Below, one piece after another: positions 11,602 through 24,890 of a DNA stretch of 64,000 nt. The stretch spans positions 33,282,243-33,346,242 of the forward strand of contig NC_068992.1 of assembly GCF_001194135.2 (NCBI RefSeq), in the 5' to 3' direction. The DNA comes from Octopus bimaculoides. Its lineage: Eukaryota. Both the position numbers and the translations under genes were made by a program. Positions within the stretch are counted from its first letter, which is position 1; every line of letters starts with the position of its first letter. The notes beneath the pieces were generated by a model. The model did not search any database. It was not told where the DNA came from and was given only the letters and a program-made list of their open reading frames with translations.

Positions 11602-11949
11602 TCCTATATGACTGTATTTCTGAAAATCTTGCATAAGCAAAATTACATTATATTAAACCTATTTTCTTTTTGATTTCCAAGCTATTAACTGGGATGTGTT
11701 ATGATAGTTTTTTTTCTTGCTTTGTTTTTCTTTTTTTTTTTTAAAGGTATCACCATCACATTTACACCAGAAAATAATAATATTTAAACATGCACAGTAC
11801 AGTAGATAGTCATTGCCAATATTTGAAAATAATTTCAACAGAAATATATAAGAATACAATAATAGGCAGTGCCCCAGCATGTCCACCACCTAATGATTGA
11901 AATGCTGTCATAGAAGATTATGTACTCACCACAAACGATGCTGATCTCT

Positions 11950-13210
11950 AAGTGATGAGAATGAGGTATAATGGGTGTTACTGAGAGGAATAAGGGTCCT
12001 ATTTTCAGTTCTTGTAGATATTCAGCAGCACAAGAAGTGAAGAACTTCTCCAGCATTGTTCAGCATTTATAGTGCCACAACATTTTGTAAAGCTCAATGT
12101 AGGAATTGGCCTCATTATGCACTCATGTAATTTTGTTTTGTTTACAATTGGGATTATTGTTAAAAATGACTTGCCAACTTAGCTTTATAAGAGTAAAATT
12201 GTTAATCATATTCTTTTCAGCTAAATTAAGTAAAATGCCCAAAACATAGCAGCTAAATTAAGTAAAATAATTGGAACATCCATGTTCACTTATTGCTCTG
12301 CAGCTCACTCTTGTTCCAAAATCAACAGTTCCTTAAACAAACCTTTTCTTTAATACTCCAGCAACTAGGCTATATTGTCTTTAGTTGCTTTTACTAGTTG
12401 TTACAAAGTTTTTCTCAAATACTGTGCCTTTAATTAATCTTTTAACTGAAGCAAAGAAGCTGTGGTATAGGATATATAATTGCTCATATAATCAGAAAGA
12501 TCTTTTAAGTTCATTGGCTAACTTGGTGTATTACCTAAAAGTAGTGCTCTTTTAAGTTTAAAAACCAGTCTTTGAAAAGGCTTATAACCATCTAAGCTTC
12601 TTATTTGAACATCAAATCACAAATAGATTAAACTTATCAAATACCTTGAATGCCCTTAGATAAAAAGTTTAATTTCCTCTCAGAAAAATAATCAAACAAT
12701 TTTTGGAAGTTTTAAAACTTGGTCCTGATATTTTGTTACACCAAATTATAGTATTAGCAGTTTTATGTTACAGACATTTCTAATTTCATCAATGGTGTAC
12801 ACTTGTTCTAGTTTATAGACTTCTTCAGTAACAATTTCCTTCTGCTCCTTCGGATAATTAATCCCAGACTCTGTATTAGACAAGGAACCTTCATTGGTCA
12901 TGTTAATGTTTTACAAATTTAGATTTTTCTTAAACTTTTAAAACCATTCTTTACTTGCAGAAAAAGGTTTCACATCACTAGTTGTACCTTTCCTTGTCTG
13001 CAAATCACCAGACAAACTTACAGTTATTGCTTGAATGGCTATTGTTCTTTTATGGCACAATACACTCAGTCCAGTCACTAGGTCCATATATTCAGGTGCT
13101 GTCTTATGTTAAGCACCATATCAGCAATTGATGAAAAAGTAAGTTTCGTCCTCTGTACAGTGGGAACAATGCTTGTCAAGTGTTGTTTCCGCTATAGACA
13201 TTTCAAACCT
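11950..13210 (-). pseudogene. Decayed Tigger/pogo-type transposase (CENP-B HTH plus DDE)
   Basis: Hand translation gives FSASKEWF*KFKK...YPKEQKEIVTEEVYKLEQVYTIDE, FKLKRALLLGNTPS*P, TTASLLQ and LRKTL*QLV. These match Tigger motifs (FKASKGWF; YLPEQVFNADET; LLLLDNAPGHP; TTSLLQPMDQ). Many stops and frameshifts. Confidence 0.8.
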
Positions 13211-13329
13211 TAATGTTTGCAATATGTAAGAGCTACATACTATGGAGGAAATGCTGTATGGTTAAAGTTAGTAACAGGACCCAGGTTGAGAATGTTGAGA
13301 ACAATGAAAAACAAGGTTAATTGAGAGGG

Positions 13330-13377
<48 letters not shown>

Positions 13378-13614
13378 TAGAACTGAGAAGGAAGCATGTA
13401 GCTTTTTCCAACTATGTTGAAAGCAATGAAAAATAAGATTTAGGGGTTGCAAAAATTTTTGTGGAAAGAAAATATAGAATATATATAGAAGGACAGAACA
13501 AAAAATCTAAAGAATTAAACTCGCAGAGTGTAAACAACAAGTATATACAGAGAATGGAGGTGGAGAATGATGAAATCACAGCTAGGCATCTACTAAAATG
13601 TCATGTTAAATATA

Positions 13615-14861
13615 TTGGGTCGTCCCATAAATAATGCAGGGTTTTATTTCATACTTATATTATTTTTCAAAATTAAGATAAACAAAGTTCTTTTTTAATC
13701 TAAAATAAACTCTCCTTCATTTTCTAAAATGCTTTTCCGTCTATCTGCTAAACTCTCAAGGCCCCTCTTCCAAAATTCACTTGTCCGTGATGAAAAAAAT
13801 ACTCCACCAGTATTACTCTGGTCTCATCTACAGAATTCATATTTTTTCTGTTCAAATGATTTTGAAGACTGTGGAATAAAGGATATTCAGACGAGCAATC
13901 TCTGGCAAATGTGGTGGGTGGGGCATCGTTTCCCATTCAAACTGCTCCAGCCTTTGGAATGTCATCCTCACTGTGTGTGGCTGAGCATTATCCTGATGGA
14001 AGAACATCTTTCATTTTGAAACCAAAGATGTTCTGCTTACAGTAGATCTCCTTTGTTATCGTTTGGTTTGGGTTTAACAGTTCAAACTGGACTAAACCTT
14101 TCATATCCCACCAAACAGATAACCAAACCTTACGTGGGTGAAGACCTTCTTTAGCCTGGGGTGCCAGTGTTTCTCCTTTCCCTACCCACTGTCTTCAGTG
14201 CTTAACATTTTTATAGAGATCCCATTTCTCATCAATTATCACTATCTGGTCCAAAAATGGTTCATTCATGAGATGTGACAGCAAAGAAGAGCACACATTC
14301 ACTCTCTGCATGTGATTAGAAAGTTTGTCAGCGAGCCATTGACCCAATTTGCTGACTTTTCTGATAGCACGCAGGTGTCAATGAATGTTTGAATGACTAA
14401 ATGGAAGCTTCGCTGCTAGCTCCTCAACAGTTACGATGGAATTTTGTTCCATCAGGGTTTGCAGGACATCCTTGTTGAGCTCTACATGTCTTCCAGGATG
14501 AGGCTTGTCTTCTAAGCTGTAGTTTTAGGCTCGGAATTTTTGGAACCACCGTTGGCACTGGTTTACGCTTATTGTCCGATCCCCATATACTGTATTAATA
14601 TTCCTCCAATGCCTTGTTGCCTTTTTTTTGAAATCACAAGACAAAATATACCAAATTTGCTCCTTTAGTCACTTCCATTATAGCTTTGAAAAAATAACTG
14701 TTAAAATCGAACTGGACTCTTCAGAACATGCACGAAGAATAAATACATGGTAAAATTATTACTTGCTTTTATAGCAAGTTGATGCAGGTAGTTTATTCCA
14801 CCCCACTCTAACATTTAGCTCATGCAATTGAAACAAGCATATTATTTATGGGATGACCTAT
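13615..14861 (-). mobile_element. Full-length but decayed mariner element (~1.25 kb)
   Basis: TIRs TTGGGTCGTCCCATAAATAAT and ATTATTTATGGGATGACCTAT with TA on both flanks. ORF remnant ...SEYPLFHSLQNHLNRKNMNSVDE matches the mariner C-terminus (SDYHLFRSL). Confidence 0.9.
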
Positions 14862-14960
14862 TACATTGTTTCTAAAAATAAATACATGTACATATATATA
14901 CAAGTCATAACATTACAAACTAAATTGTTAAAACATAACTGGGTTTCTGTGAGGCAGAAT

Positions 14961-15057
14961 TACAGGTAGTATCAATGAAATTAGTGATCATACTGTACAA
15001 TTTTTGTACGAACAGAATTTTGTAACCAAATTTTCTGTACCATTGGAGACACCTGTA
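14961..15057. mobile_element. Possible ~100-bp Tc1/mariner-type MITE
   Basis: Ends TACAGGTAGTATCAATG and CATTGGAGACACCTGTA form imperfect TIRs with terminal TA. Confidence 0.4.
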
Positions 15058-15879
15058 TTTGACAAAAGTTGTGTTTGTTATAGGTCGGAAGTTGTTTCTA
15101 TCAATTTTTGGAACTTGTTTGTTGGTATGAATATATATTTTGTGGGAAATATGACTTAAGGATTCTACTTTCTTTTATACATTGAGAGTTGAATAATTTA
15201 TGTTCCAATATTGAAATTTTCATGTGTGCCACATTGTATTTGATCATAGAGATATTTGATTATGATACAATAATAGCACTGTCACATGTTATATTAATAA
15301 CCAGCTGAAAATTTGGAATGTTAACTTCCAAGAGAGAAGCTATCTTCACTAAGCCAGTCACAGACCACATACAAAGTACAGTGGCATTCTACTGGAGTAC
15401 TGCACATACATATCTGAGACAGCATAGTTAATGCTAGTGAAAAAGTTTTATACTGGATTGAAAAAATAGTCATTTGTTTAATTGACAAATTTCTACACAC
15501 CCATAACATCACTAGTTCATTGATGTGCTGTATTATTCCATCTCATGTAATATTTTTGTTATAAGGCTTTTTTGCTGAACTAACAAGTTGTGGGTGATCT
15601 TCACAAACCAAACTGATACATTTGTACAAAAAAGAAATCAACTTGAAAACTAGAGTAATAAGAATGTTACTTTGAATTTTTCAACTATAAATAAATTGTA
15701 ATTTAGTTTAGCATTAACATTTGTTCTTCCTAGTGTATTCCACATATGTGTCCTTGATATATATTGATTTACAGCATTTTAGATCTGTTTCACAGTATAG
15801 AATATTCTTTGTTAATTAAAAAAATACTGAAAGCTGTAGTGGGAAATATGTATGTATGTATTTATATGTCATTACTCAG

Positions 15880-15971
15880 TTCTATTTCATGATTTCTTGC
15901 TAAAAGAGAAAGAGCCAGTTTCTAACCTAGATCCAAGACTCCTTCATTGGAATTTCAACAGCATCAACAGG
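15880..15971 (+). CDS. Candidate internal exon of an unidentified gene (VLFHDFLLKEKEPVSNLDPRLLHWNFNSINR)
   Basis: attactcag acceptor, open frame and GTATTT donor; phase 1 to 0. No homology recognised. Confidence 0.3.
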
Positions 15972-15984
15972 GTATTTTTGTTTG

Positions 15985-16200
15985 TTTGTTTGTTTGTATG
16001 TATGCATGCATGCATGCATGCATGTATGTATGTATGTATGTATGTATGTATGTATGTATGCATGTATGTATGTATGTATGTATGCATGCATGCATGCATG
16101 CATGTATGTATGTGTGTATTATGCATGTATGCATGCATGCATGTATGCATGCATGTATGTATGTGTGTATGTATCCATGTATCTATGCATGTATATATGC
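15985..16200. repeat. (ATGT/ATGC)n tetranucleotide microsatellite
   Basis: Direct read of the sequence. Confidence 0.95.
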
Positions 16201-16409
16201 ATATGTGCAGATTTGTATGTTTTGTTTAATGTATGTATCCTCATGCATATAGCTGCACATCTAGAAATGCTAATATATACTTAAACAATAAACCTCTGGA
16301 ATGTTTAACAGATTTTTGCAGTTCCAGTGATGTATTGGATTTGTAGTCTTCAAATCAGCTTTTTCCTTTCTGGTTCTGAGAAGCCTAATTTTTCAAGATT
16401 CGTATTTAG

Positions 16410-16519
16410 GCAGTTGTACTGTTATGTGAGAATCCTGAACACCCTCACATGACTGAAGGTGGACTAACCAATTACAATAAAGAAGAACTGAATGAACTGT
16501 CAGGGGCATGTTTGATGCT
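16410..16519 (+). CDS. Candidate internal exon (AVVLLCENPEHPHMTEGGLTNYNKEELNELSGACLM)
   Basis: gtatttag acceptor and GTTAGT donor. Codon-like bias (about a third of codons start with G, A/T-rich third positions). Phase 0 to 2, compatible with the preceding candidate exon. Confidence 0.33.
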
Positions 16520-17430
16520 GTTAGTTTGACCATGTTGGTTTACTGTGTTAGTTCAATGTGTGTTGGTTTAACAGTCAGTAGTTGAACAGGGAATACTGAG
16601 TATCATACCTGCATTCGAGTAGGACGGAGTGTGCTCTGCGTTAACATATATTTCTGAGATAGGCCATTTTTTGATAACCACAACCAACTATTTATTGTGT
16701 AATACCATTTTACACCAAATATGTATACCCGTGTCATAACAGTTGCATATTTCAGTGCTCCAATAATTACATGTATAAACCTGAACTTGTAATCTGGATA
16801 GGGTAACAGCAACTTTCTACTAGTTCAGCATGTATGTATGTATGTACGTGTGTGTACACCACCTGTCTTTGTCTGTTGTTTTTTTTGGAATTCTCCCATA
16901 TGTATGTATATATGTATGTAAATGCGTGCATGTGTTTTCTTCTTCTATAGTGACCTTCTGACAAGGACCACTTACTCATATTAATGTGGTACACCATGCC
17001 TACATTGGCATTTTTATGGTTCCCTGATGACTGAACCTGTTGTGCCTACCCATTGCTGAAAATGTGCAAATCTTTAGTGCAGCTATTGTGTTTCCATCCA
17101 CAAAGGTCCCACTTTATCAATGACTGCTGCAGGAACAACCATTGTCAATGAAAAATAGCAGGACCAAGCTCATGTATACGGTACTGCATGGCGTGTTGAC
17201 TTTAATGGGTTCATTCATTCTTTGATAGTTTTTGTCTTACATCCTGCATGTCATCCAATCATTTTTCACATTCAGCAAGATTAGTGGAGCTACCACTGAC
17301 AACCAAACCATGTTGCAGGTTGTACTGGTTTACATGTCACCAGTAGCACTCACAAGTGGCCTGACATATTGCTATTGATACTAAACTGAAGATTTATGTA
17401 ATGTGTGTGTTATCCTTTTCTGCTTGTAAG

Positions 17431-17506
17431 ACATGAGCAACCTACAGAAAACATCTGTAAAAATTTGCAGATGCTGAGTTCATTAGAGAGAAAAAGAAAA
17501 CAACAG
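17431..17506 (+). CDS. Candidate internal exon (HEQPTENICKNLQMLSSLERKRKQQ)
   Basis: Pyrimidine tract with an atypical AAG acceptor and a CAG|GTAAAC donor; phase 2 to 0. Confidence 0.22.
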
Positions 17507-18055
17507 GTAAACTGATAATCAGAATGTTCTGCTCTCTTATTTGAAAGAAGTTGAAATAACTTTCTGTGTCATGCAAACTTCTCTCAGGAATATTAGAGTT
17601 GAGAAGAAAAGTTGATTGGTTCAATGAAATTATCAAAAAGAAAACTACATTACTTATGTCTTGCTACACCATCACCCATTAACATATTTATTTATATATA
17701 CAGAATCAAAACTAAAAGCAAAGTTAAATTATTTCATTCAGTTTTATTATTTCACCTTTTGTGGCTTATTTTATCATAAAGTAATTTCCATTGTTGTTTA
17801 AGTACCAAAAATTTTATCAAAATAAATATAAAGTATTGTAAGATTTTCAAAATATATTTACTCCATTTCCATGGATTTCAAACTCTCACTGAAAGACAAT
17901 AAACTTAAAAATAAATATGTGACATAGTTTTAGAAAATTCTCTCTGCTGTTTTTAATTTCATCAAATATAAAATAAAGTTAAAAGAGGGAAATCACCAGA
18001 ATCATGTTAAAAGTTGGTTTTCTTTTACAGTGATTTCAAAATATTTTCTTTTTAG

Positions 18056-18115
18056 CTTCAAAAAATTTCTGGAGGATCAATTCTTTACCATTCTGGTTTA
18101 AGAACAGAATTTCAG
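18056..18115 (+). CDS. Candidate internal exon (LQKISGGSILYHSGLRTEFQ)
   Basis: ttttctttttag acceptor and CAG|GTATTT donor; 60 nt, phase 0 to 0. Confidence 0.28.
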
Positions 18116-20189
18116 GTATTTTGACATCATACTAAAAGCACATTTTTTTTTGGTGTATTTTAAAAACTTTCTAAAATCTTGCTTTGGAAAATTTTTAAAC
18201 ATGTTTATGAAGTAATTTTATCTGGTTACATATCAAGTGTAGCACTTATTGTGTATTCTGAAGATGTAAAGAAATTTGTCAAATTGTTAATGGAACAGAA
18301 GTATGTTGTGTAATTTTTCAGTACTTATTGTCTACCAATGCTTTAATTTTTCAAAGACTTCTTCCTTAAAACTATCAAGAAATGCACTTAAATATTGTGT
18401 TACATGTAATAGATGTTGCTGTTTAGTCTCAAGTTGTTGATTGAGTAAACCCATATTTACAAGCATTCCAGCTACAACCAATCCATCTTTATTTGATATA
18501 ATTTATCATCTGATGCCTCTCTTTATTAAAGAAGATCTGGCTGCTATTATTAGTAGGCTGAACCTTCCTAAAGATTTATCAAAGATCATGCTTCCATTAA
18601 TTTTTTAATCAATTTGGATTTTGGAGTTCTTTTCCTTACTTTTCTTGACCAGACTTATTAATAACACCAACGATTTTTATTCCCATTAAGGATGTAATTT
18701 TACTTGATTTAAAACCTTTTGGGGATTTAATATATATTAAGAAAATCAAAACCATTTAACTATAGAATCCATTCAGACTGATGTAAATAAATGTATATTG
18801 TTGCAGTCATTTACTTTGTAATTGATCTTGCTGTTATGCTGAGATATATTTGACTTTAGTGAGGCAGCTTTTAGGTTTATTTTTATCATATTCCAGATAT
18901 TTCATTTTGTCTCTTGAAGACATGTACTTAGTTTTGAAACTGTAGAATTGTAACCTCTGAATCTTTATAGAAAACCAGAGTGACTCAGGTGAGTCTGCAT
19001 CAATTATGATAAAACTCACAAGTTACTATGCTTCAGTTCCATAATTGTGTTAAATAATTATCTAATTTTGTTTTATTATCTTCTACAATTATTTTAACTT
19101 CTGATCCCAAATAAAACAATTATGAGAGAAAATATCAGGAATTATGAGACAATAACATTTTGGGGGGCTTAAAGTGTAAGGAATTGAATCATTGTAATGA
19201 AAGCTATGTGGCCTAAATGACAATGTTCTCATGAATGCAATTGTTTCCAAATTAAAGATAATTTAGTATAATGGTATTTAATAAAATAAAGCATTCAACT
19301 GAAAAAGTGATATTGCAAAAAAGGAACAAAAATGAAATGGAGAAAAGTAAAAGATAATTAGAGGAAATATAAAGTAAACTGGGATAAAATTGAATAAAAA
19401 TGAAAGGAGTAAATTTTGTTATTTTATATTTCTCCCCAAGAGAATAAATGAGTTCTTTTTTAAATCATTTAAGAAGAAAATATTTTTGCTTTACTTTTTA
19501 TAACAGTGTTATGATTATATTTAATTAAAGCTGGATCCCATTATAATCAATGTAGAACACTGATTATTGAGAAAGTAATAAGAAAATTTGCTTTTCAAGA
19601 ACGCTGTATTAAAGAGAAATATTGCTATCAATGTATCGCACAAATTGGTGAAAACCAAATGGAAATATTAAAGAGAAACACATGTGAAAGGAAATATTGA
19701 ATTCATAACTAAAATAGTATCTGATGGAGACAATTTTATTTATTTTATCTGAGATCTGTACATAAATTTAGATATTCAATTAACTCAAACATTAAAAATA
19801 AAAGAACAATTTGAGTGTAATCAAAATGAAGAGGTTACTAAACATTAACAGAGGCTTAGAAAATCTTGATTATTGGCTTGAGCTTTTCAACTGAATTCAA
19901 AATATTGTTCTTAATAAGTGTTGTTAGTATGAAACTATATATAAAAGTGTAAAATGCTAAATTAGATTTAATTGCTGTAGTTTTAAAAGCATACCAGTGA
20001 AGACTGAAGTACAATGACAAAATGTCAGGTTTGTTAACATTTATGAAATCAACAAGTATATTCCTAAATATTTCATAAAATTTCTTAAAATTACATTTTG
20101 ATGACATGTAGCCGATAATAAAGATATTCCGTAAGCCATTCAGATTCAGGTCTTCTGAAACAAACTACACCCATATATATATATATCAT

Positions 20190-22110
20190 TATCTAAGGTG
20201 CTTCAGGGCAGATAACACCCTGGATCAACAACAGATCTGTGCTAATGATCTCTGGCAGCAGCATGCACCTCACCATTGAACAAGTTGCTATCTAAAACCA
20301 TTCTCATGGGTATGTGACTCCTCATGACTCAGACAGTCAAAACTCATAACCCCAACTTTTCCAAGTGGATTATGCATAGCTTCACTGCATAAGTTCAAGC
20401 ACAGAACATGACCTGCAACACAAAAAGGTAGTCACCCACTCCTTCCAGCTTTAAAGCCATATTTCTTAAAATACTTGTCACCCTAAACACTTAAGCTGCC
20501 TCAGCTGAGATTTTCCTTCTCTATTCAGCAACATATGCACTCCAAATTCAAGAAAACATTCAATCACTTCAAATCCTCCTTGATTCGATCCCAATTATCA
20601 AAATTAGCTTAGAATATGCCTCAATCTCAAATAGAAAATTTTCTTTGACTCTACAAACAATCAACTTATTGTCTCATTTCTAATAATGCAAAAATAATGG
20701 AAACAGCTATTAAAAATCAGTGCTACTTTTAGCTTCTTTCTCTCTTTAATAACCACCTGAGCAGGTGCTGTAAAAGCAAATCTACTGGGAGTTCTATTAT
20801 GTCACACTCCAGTAATCCGTAGCTCTGGAGAAAATTGGTGAAATTAATGCTGTTAGTTTCAATACAAGCAAAGCCCTTGGTTATGTATGTGTGAGAACGC
20901 CCTGCCAAAGTTATTGGCTTCTGGATTCCATCTATCTCTTGCCTTTTAGACTGGTAGTTTCTTCTTTGATTGCACAATGAGTCTGAAGCCCTGCAGTGAT
21001 GGGTCTCACTGCTCTACTCTGTTATTCTTGATGTGCTTCACGGGTTGCTGATTGGCCTCTAATCCATGGTGATTTCCCCGACATATTTCCTGGTGAACAT
21101 CAACTACCTACCTGCTATCACCTCAAACAATGCCCACTTATTGCAGATGATACTACCCTTTACTCCATTCTGCTTCCACGACACAGGCATTATTCATATA
21201 CAGTCTAGACACCTCATGCTGAATTTGTACTACACCCATGAACAATGGTCTCAAAAGCATTTTCCAAATGAGATGTAACACTTGTTTTATTCAATATCAC
21301 AAAGAAATGATTGCTGAATATATCAATGAAATATTCTTGCATCCAACACCTCTCTACTTTTGAACAACAAAATCTCTACAAGTGTTAGGCCTTGCAATCC
21401 CTGGTCATCTCATATTTTCAACATATTTCTTACAATAAACAAGAAAACCATAGTCTTGCTATCCCACTAATTGATTGCAACTTATTTTATATCAGTTAAT
21501 AGCAGCAGTAGTACTGCATCAGTCAATTTGTAAGAGTGATAATAGTAAACTTTAGTGACATATCTTTACGTTGACATTACTTTAAAACCATTTACATATA
21601 GTGGCACTCTATTGAAAAACCATGTTTCATTTCAGTAGTGTAGTGACAGCTGTTTACAAACTATTGCAAATCGAATGTTGCTAGTGAATTTGAGAAAATC
21701 GTTTAAGCAGACGTTAAACGATGATGATGATGATGATGATGATGATGGAATCAAATTACCCATATTCCAAACTGATCTTACCTTTTTGTTGACAAAATGG
21801 AATTTGTGACTGAAATTAATCTAACAATGAATTATAAATTAATGATCCTACATAAATTAATTGTAAATTAGATTAATTACCCACTGCATAAATTAAATAT
21901 TCTGCAAGAAAACAGAACATCCTCTCACTGCTCAGAACTCCACATCTCAGCAAACTTCATTGTTTCTCAATGGCTCTCATCCCAGAAAGTCTACCCATCC
22001 TCTTGACAACATATGCTTCAGCGATTTTTGCTAACGGTTGCTCCCTTTACCCTTTAGCACACTGCATTTCCTCTGGAATTGTTTTCCTTGCCACTGCCCT
22101 GTTACTACAG
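20190..22110 (+). mobile_element. Highly decayed CR1/L2/Jockey-group LINE (RT and 3' end)
   Basis: LEKIGEINAVSFNTSKAL (approximately A..LDISKAFD), SPTYFLVNINYL (approximately SPTLFLLFINDL), (F)ADDTTLYS at 21141-21165, and an LWNxxP-like 3' end near 22075. Confidence 0.7.
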
Positions 22111-22459
22111 GGGAGAAAACTCACATAGTGACATGATGCACCTGCAGTGTGCAAAGGTTAATTCAGTAATGATAACAACCAATAGTTATGCACCAGAGCT
22201 CTGAACTACAGCCATACAGCTTGCTTACTATACAGTTCAGCAATTCAATACTACTACAGCTTTTATTCTGTTTATGTTTATAGAGAAGTTAATAAAGTGG
22301 TCACTTTACAACAGTGGAAATCACATGACAGTCAAGAAACTAGCCATGCAGCTCACTTAACTGCTATAATATGTCAGTTTCCTAAACTGACATATCATAG
22401 TAAACCATAATTATGATGGTTAAGTTAATTTTCATATTTGTATTTTAGATAGCTCATCA

Positions 22460-23285
22460 TTAATTAAGCTATACACTTAATTCCTAAGTGCTTTATATAA
22501 TTACAGAATATTTTATGCTAATGACTGGAGAAAGAAATTGAATGTGTCTCCTCTGAGGATCGATCAGCAAACTGTAAAACAGTCCAGCAGGCATCCTTAC
22601 TCGATTATTTTCAATCATGAAAGGCAAAAAAAAAAATTGTTTACATTCTTAGATTTCTTATCATAGTAATTCATTTATAAATTTATTTCAGCCCTTTTAA
22701 GTAGTACTGTGTTGTGCATAAATGTATATTACTTGATAAATAATGAGACATGTAATGTATAAATTAAGCAATCCATTGTGGCTATAGTTCCATTCCTGAT
22801 TGCTTTATATCATAGTTGTATATGTTCTATATGTTGACTGGGAATGTAAACTGGGTATGTCTCCTCTAAAGAACTGGCAACAAATTGTGAAACAGTCTTT
22901 CAAGAATCACACTCATTTTGTGTACATCAAAAAGCATAGTATGAAATGTTACATTTTTAGATTTCATAAGGTTTCTAATATTCAAATTTATTTCTCTCTT
23001 CATTCACAATGCATTGTGCATAAAACATACATGGCTTAATAAATGATGAGCTGTCTAAAGCACAAATATAGAAATTAAGCTATCTGCAATGGTAACAGCT
23101 TCATTTCTAATTGCTTTATATAGCTGTTAAATATTCTGTTATTAACTGGGGAAGGAAACCAACCATGTCTCCTCTGAAGAGTGGTCAACAAACTGCAAAA
23201 CAGTCTCTCAAGAGTCGCCCCAGTGATTTATTTTGCACATCAAAAGGATAAGAATAATGTGGTTACATTCTTAAATTTCCTGTTA
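22460..23285 (+). repeat. Three diverged tandem copies of a ~310-bp unit
   Basis: tgtctcct occurs at 22545, 22858 and 23166 (spacing 313 and 308). The copies share aattaagc, tgctttatat, (g/a)actgg, aaacagtc and gttacatt...atttc. Confidence 0.85.
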
Positions 23286-23574
23286 CAGCTAAGGCTTTCT
23301 AGGACTCTACTACATTTAGGAAAATGACTGTTCAACATATAGGAAAGGTGAAGGTAGAAATTCCACACAGTATACACAATGCAAGTTATGGGCATATGCG
23401 AAGTGCAGTGGGATCACAGTGGAGTAAATAGAGTAGCCAAAATATGTTTATGGCAGATGCACTGGAGCAGTAAGACACTGAATACAAAGAAAATAAATTT
23501 TCTTGAATGACTAAGAGATTCCTGAGATGTATACAGAGCTTCTATTAATTAGTTGACCTAATTAGTAATGGATT

Positions 23575-23821
23575 CTTTCATTCTTTTAATTGTTCCATTC
23601 ATTTGATTTCGGCCATGCTGGAGCACTGCCTTGAAGAGTTTTAGTCGAACAAATCAACCCCAGGACTTATTTTTTAAAGCCTAGTATTTATTCTAGTGGT
23701 CACTTTTGCTGAACTGCTAAGTTACGGGGACATAAACACACCAACACCAATTATCAAGCAGTGATGGGGATGGAGAGAACACAAACATAAAAACTCACAC
23801 ACACATACAAACATACATATA

Positions 23822-23877
<56 letters not shown>

Positions 23878-24170
23878 AGCCATGCACATCCGGTCCTGTT
23901 AAGAATACTCCTTGATGTGTCAGGCGATATGATATGCTTGAGAAGAGCTGTTGACTCAAGTAAAACCAATATCATAGCTGGGGCTGGTGCCCCTTGGCTG
24001 GCTCCCATGCCAGCATGGAAAACGGACGTTAAGCGATGTTGATGATGATGATGATGAGGAGGAGGATGATGATGATGATATGATATATATATGACGGCTT
24101 TCTTTCAGTTTCCATCTACCATATTAACTCAAGGCTTTGGTCAGCCCGAGGCTATTGTAGAAGGTGCTTC
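23575..24170 (-). mobile_element. Family-B SINE (fragmented, with an inserted RTE-type tail near 23880-24070)
   Basis: Reverse complement of the family-B 3' half (23575-23820) and middle part (24085-24170). Confidence 0.75.
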
Positions 24171-24279
24171 TTTCCACACAGCTTATTGGTGAGAACATTC
24201 TGAAAGTTTAGTTACTAGAATAATAACAAGATGGAAAGAGTTCAGAGAGCTATGATCACTGTCATTAATGAAGTTTCTT

Positions 24280-24331
<52 letters not shown>

Positions 24332-24890
24332 AATGAATGAATGGTAGCTTGTGTGATGCTTGTGTATGAGTAGCAATGCTACATGGTAGCAAGACATGGA
24401 TCTTACATGCAAAGGATATGTGAATGCTAGAAAAGTTTAAAACCAGAACGCTCCACCAGTTGTTCAACATCAGTGTGCATGTACAACAGTGCAAATGTTT
24501 TGAGAGGAAAATTGGGAATAAGAGGAATTAGATGTAGAATGAAAGAGAGAAGACTGCACTAGTATGGTCATGTGATACATATGGGGAAAGACAGCTATAT
24601 ATGGCATTTATGTGTAGTAATGCCCTTCATATAAATAAATATAATCAAAGAGAATAATTATAATTTTTCCCTTATGAGGTTTTTTCACGCAGACTACTTA
24701 ATAAATTCTTATAAAGATTTTATCCTATTTTAAAATTTTATATATATATAGTTATGGTATATTCTGTTAAGAACGCAGTAGAGTACAGTATAAAGCTCAT
24801 CCACCTTCAGATTTCACCCTGTGCTATCCAGTAGTAGTAATATATGTACTTCTAGGTTTGTATTTGGGCATTTGTTGTATGGGAATAGAT

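Noticed and set aside
11835-12056. ORF ending at a strong G|GTGAGT donor (11930)
   Set aside because: It lies at the end of the decayed Tigger transposase, and no matching acceptor gives an open exon.
18330-19650. Protein-like short frames on both strands (for example GMLVNMGLLNQQLETK..., IIEKVIRKFAFQERC...)
   Set aside because: The frames conflict in strand, contain stops, and show no recognisable motif; they cannot be distinguished from chance in AT-rich DNA.
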